Below, piece after piece: positions 57,238-64,000 of a DNA stretch of 64,000 nt; the stretch's first letter is position 1; every line of letters begins with the position of its first letter. Origin of the DNA: Methanomassiliicoccales archaeon (GTDB taxonomy: Archaea; Thermoplasmatota; Thermoplasmata; Methanomassiliicoccales; JAAEEP01); assembly GCA_013415695.1 (NCBI GenBank), contig JAAEEP010000004.1, positions 2,324-66,323 of the forward strand. Direction: 5' to 3'. The notes under the pieces were generated by a model that saw nothing but the letters and a program-made list of their open reading frames with translations, was not told the DNA's origin and made no database searches. The translations under genes were made by a program, and so were the position numbers.

Positions 57238-59421
57238 ATGAAACTCGTGATCCACGGAATTGTCCAAGGGGTCGGGTTCCGGCCGACCGTTTACAGGATC
57301 GCGAGATCTCTCAATCTCAAGGGATATGTCCAGAACAATGGATCCAACGTGGTTGTGGAGATCGATGGCGATGGGGAGGCATTCTTGAGGGAATTGAAAG
57401 AAAGCCTTCCCCCCCTGGCACGAATAGACCGGATAGAATGCCAGGAGAGCGATACCACGGCCCTTGATGGAATAGACGGGTTCATCATCGTTCCCAGCAA
57501 GGAAGGGCAGAAAGGCATCGGTATCCCTAACGACGTCGCCTTATGTGATTCATGCAGGAGGGAACTCTTCGATCCCTCCAATAGACGATACCTTTACCCA
57601 TTCACAAATTGCACTGATTGCGGGGCTCGTTTCACGGTCATAGAGAATCTCCCCTACGACAGAGGCAAGACCTCGATGCAGGAATTCCCCATGTGCGAGA
57701 CCTGTCGTGATGAATACTCTGATCCATCTAACAGGAGGTTCCATCACCAGACGATCTCCTGCCCCCAGTGCGGACCTGGATACCAGCTCCTGGACAGGAA
57801 CGGCAATGAAATTGGAACAGACCCTATCGCAGAATTTGCCGCTCGCATCGATGGTGGTGAGATCGGCGTGGCAAAATCATGGGGCGGAATGCACATCTGC
57901 TGCTCGATGGAAACCATCCCTAGATTGAGGGAATGGTACGGGAGGAAACAGAAGCCATTTGCTATCATGGTCAGGAACCTTAAAGCCCTTGAGGCCTACG
58001 GTTCTCCAACTGAGCACGAGATCCATCTTTTGACCTCGCCCCATAGACCAGTCACCCTGATCGCCAAGAATCGATCCGAGGGAATGGAATGGACCTCCCC
58101 CGGACTGAACAACATAGGGGCGTTCCTTCCATACACCGCCATGCACGAGATCCTTTTTCACCATCTGGAGGCTGATGCTGTGGTAATGACCTCGGCAAAC
58201 GTTCCCGGGGAGCCGATGTTGCTGGACGATCGGGAAGTGCTTTCACTAGGGGCCGATTCATACCTGCTCCACAACAGAAGAATTGTCAACCGCTGCGACG
58301 ACTCAGTGGTGAGGTCTTTTGACGAGAACACGCATTTCATCCGAAGATCCAGGGGACACATACCGTCGAACATTGGGTCGCCATTCAAGGGCAGGGCCAT
58401 TGGAATCGGAGCCCAGGAGAACCTGACAGCAGCCATAGCAATGGATGGAAGAATATACCCTACCCAGTATGTGGGCGATGGAGATTCCATCGGTGTGATA
58501 GAATTTCTGGAACAGGCGGTGAGGTATCAGACCAAATTGCTGGGTTTGGATTCGTTGGATGTGTTGGCCATGGATCTCCATCCCGGTTATTCCAACCGCA
58601 GAATGGGAAGGATCATGAGCGAGGAGTACGGAGCAGAGATCATCAAGGTCCAGCATCACTGGGCACATGCCGCGTCCCTCATGATCGACTCGGCCGAGAA
58701 TGAGTTGATTGCCCTGACCTTGGATGGAACCGGTTACGGCGAGGACGGAAAGGCATGGGGGGGCGAGGTTCTCCAAACCACCTTCCAGGAATTTGAAAGG
58801 GTGGGGCATCTGGAGGAGATTCCGCTCATTGGAGGAGAGAAAGCGGTTCGGGACGTGGGTAGACTCGTCTTCGCGTTCAGTGAATTGAACGGAAGAAACT
58901 GCGACCTCTTCGAGGAGGAAGAGGCCGCTATCTTCAGGAAGATGATGACGAGCAGTCTCAGGACGAGCAGTTTTGGAAGGATCCTCGATACGCTATCGTG
59001 TTACCTGGGAGTCTGCAGATATCGCTCCTACGATGGCGAGCCGGCCATGAAGCTGGAAGCTCTTCTTGAGAACGGTAGGAAGATACACGATTTCGAGGTG
59101 GACGTCTCGAACGGGGTGGTAAGAACCGTTCCTATGTTCGATCAGCTATTCGAGATGGAAGGACGCAGGGAAGATTTAGCGATCAGCTTCGTTCACGACC
59201 TTCTCACGGGCCTGCTCGAGGTCGCCTTTGAAGCTGCGGAATCTTCAGAAACAAGGAACATTGGCCTGACTGGCGGAGTGGCATATAACGGAACGATCTC
59301 TGGTATCGTGAGGGACAAGGTACGGAAAGAGGGGATGAACTTCATCGGCCATGACAGAGTTCCCAATGGTGATGGGGGCATATCCATAGGCCAGGTGGCT
59401 ATAGCTCTATCCAAAATTTAG
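57238..59421 (+). CDS. hypF: [NiFe]-hydrogenase maturation carbamoyltransferase HypF
   Basis: Acylphosphatase domain MKLVIHGIVQGVGFRP. Two zinc-finger pairs (CDSC...CTDCGARF and CETC...CPQCGP). YrdC-like and Kae1-like domains follow. The start at 57238 is preferred to the ORF-track 57178. Confidence 0.93.
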   Translation: MKLVIHGIVQGVGFRPTVYRIARSLNLKGYVQNNGSNVVVEIDGDGEAFLRELKESLPPLARIDRIECQESDTTALDGIDGFIIVPSKEGQKGIGIPNDVALCDSCRRELFDPSNRRYLYPFTNCTDCGARFTVIENLPYDRGKTSMQEFPMCETCRDEYSDPSNRRFHHQTISCPQCGPGYQLLDRNGNEIGTDPIAEFAARIDGGEIGVAKSWGGMHICCSMETIPRLREWYGRKQKPFAIMVRNLKALEAYGSPTEHEIHLLTSPHRPVTLIAKNRSEGMEWTSPGLNNIGAFLPYTAMHEILFHHLEADAVVMTSANVPGEPMLLDDREVLSLGADSYLLHNRRIVNRCDDSVVRSFDENTHFIRRSRGHIPSNIGSPFKGRAIGIGAQENLTAAIAMDGRIYPTQYVGDGDSIGVIEFLEQAVRYQTKLLGLDSLDVLAMDLHPGYSNRRMGRIMSEEYGAEIIKVQHHWAHAASLMIDSAENELIALTLDGTGYGEDGKAWGGEVLQTTFQEFERVGHLEEIPLIGGEKAVRDVGRLVFAFSELNGRNCDLFEEEEAAIFRKMMTSSLRTSSFGRILDTLSCYLGVCRYRSYDGEPAMKLEALLENGRKIHDFEVDVSNGVVRTVPMFDQLFEMEGRREDLAISFVHDLLTGLLEVAFEAAESSETRNIGLTGGVAYNGTISGIVRDKVRKEGMNFIGHDRVPNGDGGISIGQVAIALSKI

Positions 59422-59430
59422 AATTCTAAC
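59419..59430. repeat. copy 1 of 12-nt repeat TAGAATTCTAAC (contains the 10-bp palindrome TAGAATTCTA)
   Basis: Read directly from the sequence. It begins with the hypF stop codon. Confidence 0.6.
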
Positions 59431-59515
59431 CGCCATTCTCCTTACATTTCATCAATGAGGTTGACTTTTTTCTGGATATTCGAAGAAAACATCAGAATTT
59501 GGATGGGATGTTGGC

Positions 59516-59527
59516 TAGAATTCTAAC
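59516..59527. repeat. copy 2 of 12-nt repeat TAGAATTCTAAC
   Basis: Identical 12-mer 97 nt downstream of copy 1 and 62 nt upstream of the ApgM-like gene start. Confidence 0.6.
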
Positions 59528-59589
59528 TTTTCCTGAAGAATAATGGCAAGTATTGAATATCAAGACATTCAATCTCGAAACCGGTTTAG

Positions 59590-60639
59590 ATGCATAGGAT
59601 CATCATACTGCTGGATGGGGCCACCGACGACAGAATACCCAGCTTGGGAAACTTGACTCCGTTGCAAGCCGCGGAGATGCCTTTCATCAACAGTATCACC
59701 ACCGCGGGGAGGTTCGGCTGTACCGATGCCTGCGGATACACACATCTTTTCCTCCTAGAACTTCTAAGCAGGCGGAAGGAGGATGTCCCAAGAGGGTTGA
59801 TCGAGACCCTTGGATTCAATCTAACTGTTCCTCCAGGACGCATTGGTTATAGGCTCAGCCCAGCTACCATCAAGAACGGCTGGATGGAATGGGGTTACAT
59901 CATCTCGGAGGAGGAGGTCGAGGTTCTCAAGGCCTCTTTCGAAAGAAATCTTCCACTCATAGACCATCTGAAGCCCGAGATACGATACTACGGCGAGGGG
60001 AAGGGAGTCATGACCATTGAGAGTGATGATGTACTGGACCTTCCATCTCCACCGGTAAACGCCGAACTCGATTTGGATAGACTAGGGCCTCTCCGGGAAC
60101 TGGTTGAAGCAGTGAGGGATGAGACCGGAGGATGGGTTATCCTGCCCTGGCAAGGGGGCAGAGGAGACATGGTGGAGAAATACAAGGATGTCAGGAAGAA
60201 GCTCAGCGGCATCTCCTTCCTTTCCAACAGTCCTTCGGCTCTTGGCGTGGGAGCATTTCTAGGAATGGATAAGATTTGGATCGATGACCTCGAAGAAAGG
60301 ATCGAGAAGGCGTCCCATGTGGTCAACGAATCTGATGTCCTCCTTCACATAGAAGAGATCGATGACATGAGTCACAAGAGGGATCCACAGAAGAAGCTGG
60401 AGTTCCTAGAAGAGGTTGATATTTTGCTCAGGAGACACTTCCAAGGGAAGAGCGAAGTCAGGCTTTCACTCATAGTCGATCATGGTGCATCTTCACTTAC
60501 CGGAGAACATGACGAGAATCCAGTTCCTTTCGCCGTTTCCGAGGACCTTTCTGGAGAATCTGCGGGAAGGAGTTTCCAGGAGACAAGTCAGGGATATGTT
60601 CCTTTACCAGAACTTCTAGATTTATTGATGGGCTGGTAA
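59590..60639 (+). CDS. short alkaline-phosphatase-superfamily metalloenzyme, archaeal ApgM-like (cofactor-independent phosphoglycerate mutase / 'proposed homoserine kinase' family)
   Basis: 349 aa. Blocks colinear with ApgM-family proteins: IIILLDGATDDRIPSLGNLTPLQAAEMPFINS, PPGRIGYRLSPATI, LLHIEEIDDMSHKRD, IVDHGASSLTGEHDENPVPF. It is about 60 aa shorter than typical ApgM. Confidence 0.6.
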   Translation: MHRIIILLDGATDDRIPSLGNLTPLQAAEMPFINSITTAGRFGCTDACGYTHLFLLELLSRRKEDVPRGLIETLGFNLTVPPGRIGYRLSPATIKNGWMEWGYIISEEEVEVLKASFERNLPLIDHLKPEIRYYGEGKGVMTIESDDVLDLPSPPVNAELDLDRLGPLRELVEAVRDETGGWVILPWQGGRGDMVEKYKDVRKKLSGISFLSNSPSALGVGAFLGMDKIWIDDLEERIEKASHVVNESDVLLHIEEIDDMSHKRDPQKKLEFLEEVDILLRRHFQGKSEVRLSLIVDHGASSLTGEHDENPVPFAVSEDLSGESAGRSFQETSQGYVPLPELLDLLMGW

Positions 60640-60879
60640 GACCTTATACTGCAGACATCGATGTGCGTATATCGCTTTAATTGAACCCAGCCGAACCAAG
60701 AATCACTGACCATTCTGATTCCATTGATGTGGGGGAATTCAAGAATCGCGATTCATCAATGCTGAAGACAACCTGATTGTTCAAGACAGTGCAATCATCG
60801 ATAGATTAATATGGACTCTCGGGATGGGATTGTGAAATTGCCTTTGAACTTCAAGACGGCTTTCTATGGAGGTATTGGA

Positions 60880-61980
60880 ATGAGCACCCTCGACGATATC
60901 ATGATGTGTGGAGATCGGGTCAAAGCGGAAGAATTTGTAAAGAAGGTGATGGGCAAGAAGCCCGCCTTTGTTTGTGTCATCGGCAACACCGAGACCGCTA
61001 AGATACCGGGAATATCCGCAGCTGGTGCCAATCCAGAGATCACGGATTACACCCCTGCAGCAGACATGGAGCTCCTACACTACGGCAGGTGCAAGGTCAT
61101 CGATGGGGTGCCAGTCACTCCAGATGGCATTCCTACTCCTGCTATCATTACCATGTCCGCTCTAGAGCTGGCGGACATGCCCATCTTCGTTGTAAACGGA
61201 GGATGCAGGATACTTCCATTTACACCTTACTTCGAGGTCGGAGGAAGACCCGGAGGAGATATCCGGACTGGTAAAGCCGTGGAGAATCCCAAGGAGGTGT
61301 TCGAGGAGTCCTTCCTTCTTGGCAAGAACCTGGCAAAGACCGTGGATTACCTCGTGGTGGGGGAGAGCACCCCTGGCGGGACGACCACCGCTCTGGGAGT
61401 ACTTCTGGCCCTCGGATACGATGCAGAGGGGAAAGAGAGCAGCAGCTTCCCGCAGAACCCTCACGACCTCAAGATCAAAGTGGTACGGGAGGGATTGACC
61501 TCCGCGGAGGCGGATGGCGAGAGCATTGACGGTGTCATGGACGCAGTGGCGATAGTCGGTGACCCTATGATGCCAGCCGCGGCTGGCGTCGTGGCGGGAG
61601 CCGCGATGACCATTCCAGTCATCATGGCGGGGGGAACTCAGATGGCAGCCGTGCTCGCGGTGATAAATGGTATGGAACCTGAGGCGCTGAAGAATATCGC
61701 TCTTGGAACGACGCGCTGGATCGTCGAGGACAAGCAGTCAGACATGATCTCGCTGGTCGCTCAATCCGCAGAAGTCCCGGTTCTGGCCGTGAACCTTGAC
61801 TTCTCTGAATCAAAGTATGACGGACTCAGGATATACGAGACCGGATTGGTCAAGGAGGGTGCCGGTGCTGGAGGGGTTTCTGTGGCAGCTATACTAAGCT
61901 CCAATGGATCCATCACCTCCAGGTCACTCCTGGAGAAGATAGATGAGAACTACGCTCATATTCTGGGTTTGGAGGATTGA
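60880..61980 (+). CDS. cobT: archaeal-type nicotinate-nucleotide:dimethylbenzimidazole phosphoribosyltransferase (CobT, UPF0284 family)
   Basis: FVCVIGNTETAKIPGISAAGA, VVGESTPGGTTTALGVL and IMAGGTQMAAV are typical of the archaeal CobT/UPF0284 family. The ATG at 60880, preceded by GGAGGT, is preferred to the ORF-track 60811. Confidence 0.85.
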   Translation: MSTLDDIMMCGDRVKAEEFVKKVMGKKPAFVCVIGNTETAKIPGISAAGANPEITDYTPAADMELLHYGRCKVIDGVPVTPDGIPTPAIITMSALELADMPIFVVNGGCRILPFTPYFEVGGRPGGDIRTGKAVENPKEVFEESFLLGKNLAKTVDYLVVGESTPGGTTTALGVLLALGYDAEGKESSSFPQNPHDLKIKVVREGLTSAEADGESIDGVMDAVAIVGDPMMPAAAGVVAGAAMTIPVIMAGGTQMAAVLAVINGMEPEALKNIALGTTRWIVEDKQSDMISLVAQSAEVPVLAVNLDFSESKYDGLRIYETGLVKEGAGAGGVSVAAILSSNGSITSRSLLEKIDENYAHILGLED

Positions 61981-62594
61981 GACCTCTTCTCAAGTATTCT
62001 CTCGGCCATCCTGAGTTCCTGGATCGAATTCACGTTAAGGGCGAAATCCATTTTCTGGGAGATGAAATATCCCTCCTCCAGGTACTCCCCTGAGAGCATG
62101 ACGCCCCTGTCAACCACCGAGACCCCACACATGACAACAGGATTTCCGTTCACCTCCATCTCGAAGGTCACCTCCAGACCGATTGACAGAATGCAGTGAG
62201 ATGGTATCGCAACTGCCAGGGACTGGAATCCAGCCCTCGGATACTCGGATACAACCTGATCCACCGAATTACTAGTGATCAGCGGAAGGTCGGCAGGACA
62301 TACCACAACAGCACGGGATGAGGGGATCTTCATCGAGGCCCTGAGGTCCTTGACGTAGTCCTTTCCTGAAGTATGTATGGTGGTGTAACCGAGATGTTCC
62401 ACATAATCTTTGGTTACGGGGGTGCTGTCACTGACCGAGACGAAGATATCTCGGACACCTTTCGCCTCATTGAGGGCATCGAGCACCCTTTCGATTATGG
62501 GCTTCTCCAGGACCTTGATCATAGGCTTCTCCATGCCAAGCTCCTTGATCCGGGTACCCTTTCCCCCCGCGGTGACGATGGCATCGACGGTCAT
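61956..62594 (-). CDS. cobY: adenosylcobinamide-phosphate guanylyltransferase, archaeal CobY
   Basis: 212 aa. The NTP-transferase N-terminus is MTVDAIVTAGGKGTRI. It sits directly downstream of cobS with a 4-nt overlap. Confidence 0.8.
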   Translation of the reverse strand: MTVDAIVTAGGKGTRIKELGMEKPMIKVLEKPIIERVLDALNEAKGVRDIFVSVSDSTPVTKDYVEHLGYTTIHTSGKDYVKDLRASMKIPSSRAVVVCPADLPLITSNSVDQVVSEYPRAGFQSLAVAIPSHCILSIGLEVTFEMEVNGNPVVMCGVSVVDRGVMLSGEYLEEGYFISQKMDFALNVNSIQELRMAERILEKRSQSSKPRI

Positions 62595-63409
62595 AGAATC
62601 ATCACCAGGAGAGTGATCGTCATAAGAACTACTGGTCTAGTTATCTCATTGGTTGCTCCGATCACGTCCCCGTTGACACATCCAAAACTGCGAAGAGCGA
62701 TCCTCGCCATCACCAACCCGACCAGGACGGACACCAACGCGATCACAAAGGACAGTAGTGTGATCCAGATATACGGAGGAAGGGATATCAGAGTTGAATT
62801 CAGGAGATCGAAGGCCCCCTCTGACCCTGCCACCAGTAAGTACCAGGTGACTGCTGAAAGTGCCCAAGATAGCACAAATGAAGGGATTATGGCCCTCCTA
62901 GAAGTGTTGGAGACGAATGTGCTTCCAAGACCTGGCCTGGGCTTTCCCACTGAGGTGCAGACCAGCATGGCATTGCGTGAGAGTACCTCTGCTACAAAGG
63001 GTGCAATTATCAGGATTTGAGCTGGATGATGAGAGGGAAGTGAAGCCAGGGCGGCAATCGAAAGCAGTGTGAAGAAAAGGGCGAAGGCGACCCCGCCTGC
63101 CCCGATCGAGCTGTCCTTCATCGCTCCCAGCTTCTTCCCCTGATCGCCGTGGGCGATTAATCCATCTCCCAGGTCCATAAGGCCGTCGAAATGCAGAAAC
63201 CTGTTTAGGGCCTGCAGAATGAAGACCACCAGGACAGCTGATAGGAATAGGGAGAATACCTCTGAAGAAACGAATAAGGCCAAAGAGGCGATAATACCGA
63301 AAAATGCCCCGATGATAGGCAGAAGCCAGAATCTTCTGGAGAGGTCCTCAAAATCTGTCATGCTGGAGTTCACCGGGACAACGGTGAAGAGCGAGAACAA
63401 GGCCTTCAC
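62591..63409 (-). CDS. cobS: adenosylcobinamide-GDP ribazoletransferase (cobalamin-5'-phosphate synthase)
   Basis: 272 aa and polytopic. Has MKALFSLFTVVPV and HFDGLMDLGDG, which are CobS hallmarks. Confidence 0.9.
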   Translation of the reverse strand: MKALFSLFTVVPVNSSMTDFEDLSRRFWLLPIIGAFFGIIASLALFVSSEVFSLFLSAVLVVFILQALNRFLHFDGLMDLGDGLIAHGDQGKKLGAMKDSSIGAGGVAFALFFTLLSIAALASLPSHHPAQILIIAPFVAEVLSRNAMLVCTSVGKPRPGLGSTFVSNTSRRAIIPSFVLSWALSAVTWYLLVAGSEGAFDLLNSTLISLPPYIWITLLSFVIALVSVLVGLVMARIALRSFGCVNGDVIGATNEITRPVVLMTITLLVMIL

Positions 63410-63423
63410 TGCATTTCCTATGC

Positions 63424-64000
63424 CTATTTTCCTCCCTCCAGCAACCTTGTGTAGATATCTGACATAATTCCGCCGATCAGTGCGGCAACGACGTCGTCGA
63501 GGAAAGGCGGAAGCTCGGCCAGTATCCCTGGTTTCTTCCTATCATACCGTGTATATTCAAAGAGCCCCTTGGTACCGGATATGTACTGGGCCAGTGCCAT
63601 GGCTATCATCTCATCCGCCAGCAGGTGAACCGGATCCTCAAGGTACTGAGCTCTTGGAAGGCCGTACAATCTCCCGGCCTCCCCCCTCTCATCCAGTGCG
63701 ATGGCGCTGAGTATCAAAGCGTTGACGTTTATATCATCCCTCAACGCATTGATCCTTGACTCAAACATCTCCTTCAATTTCGCGATGTCCCAATCCGGGT
63801 TGGGATAGTAGAGAGCCTGGGCTGCATCCCACATATCCTCAAATGTCACTCCCCTCTCTTCCAACCTCATCACGTAATCTGTCGGCCTGGGACCGTCACC
63901 ATTCTTCGTGAGACACTCTAAAACCGCTTTCTTGGTGGCTCTTGCCAGGGCTATACCAACATTCGTGGCGGTACCCGCGTACTTGAAAGTCGATCCTTCC
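63424..64000 (-). CDS. cobZ: partial CDS (continues past right edge): YutG/PgpA-like phosphatase domain (CobZ-type alpha-ribazole-phosphate phosphatase), apparently fused to an upstream CbiZ-like domain
   Basis: The 149 C-terminal aa (RLEERGVTFEDM...LLADEMIAMALAQYI...KKPGILAELPPFLDDVVAALIGG) look YutG/PgpA-like. My translation shows the frame stays open upstream of the GTG/ATG at 63873/63870 to the window edge. That upstream stretch reads EGSTFKYAGTATNVGIALARATKKAVLECLTKNGDGPRPTDYV and resembles a CbiZ C-terminus. Confidence 0.55.
   Translation of the reverse strand, partial: EGSTFKYAGTATNVGIALARATKKAVLECLTKNGDGPRPTDYVMRLEERGVTFEDMWDAAQALYYPNPDWDIAKLKEMFESRINALRDDINVNALILSAIALDERGEAGRLYGLPRAQYLEDPVHLLADEMIAMALAQYISGTKGLFEYTRYDRKKPGILAELPPFLDDVVAALIGGIMSDIYTRLLEGGK

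Noticed and set aside
60640-60879. Possible cobalamin riboswitch upstream of cobT.
   Set aside because: I found no B12-box-like consensus and no extended conserved stem pattern. I am also not aware of such riboswitches in archaea.
1-64000. Mobile elements, CRISPR arrays, defence systems, toxin-antitoxin pairs and rRNA/tRNA genes.
   Set aside because: I saw no integrase, transposase or Cas-like ORFs, no spaced direct-repeat arrays and no structured RNA gene signatures. The only repeats are the short regulatory-scale ones reported above.

Overview
This is a dense archaeal chromosome segment of about 60 genes with roughly 90% coding. Archaea-specific markers include pelota, GHMP-type shikimate kinase, ADH synthase with DHQ synthase II, CobY, archaeal-type CobT and an AbrB-PhoU regulator. 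The gene content resembles Thermoplasmata or a methanogen, but taxonomy cannot be fixed from this window alone.

I found no rRNA, tRNA, CRISPR array, integrase, transposase or prophage-like block. This is core metabolism, not an accessory island.

Left to right, the content is:
- a LUD/Fe-S/CCG fusion oxidoreductase, a DJ-1-like protein, a P1B ATPase, a tandem metallophosphoesterase with a CBS protein, and a zinc-ribbon/transglutaminase-like membrane protein
- citrate synthase, a radical SAM enzyme, a divergent ATP-type PEPCK and an ISF-like flavoprotein pair
- pstSCAB-phoU with a divergent AbrB-PhoU regulator
- a NifV/AksA-like synthase, LeuCD-like dehydratase and ICDH-like dehydrogenase operon
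- pelota, carAB, and a DMT exporter with an ACT regulator
- an 11-kb operon joining the archaeal aspartate-semialdehyde-dependent shikimate pathway to asd and a three-gene homocysteine/sulfide module
- an 8-kb hisGCHABF(IE)-PHP-lysC-pheA operon that lacks hisD
- an aminotransferase, two paralogous flavin-reductase-like genes, MTAP, gcvH and hypF
- a short ApgM-like metalloenzyme and a cobamide nucleotide-loop/salvage cluster (cobT, cobY, cobS, and an apparent cbiZ-cobZ fusion that runs off the right edge)

I do not see a clear-cut new system such as a defence or mobile module. The best leads for follow-up are:
- the synthase/dehydratase/ICDH-like operon, which may be a Re-citrate-synthase route
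- the aspartate-semialdehyde hub operon
- the short ApgM-like protein beside the cobamide genes
- the half-degenerate tandem phosphoesterase
- several short regulatory repeats

All family assignments come from motifs read by eye and from recalled family knowledge. No database search was run.
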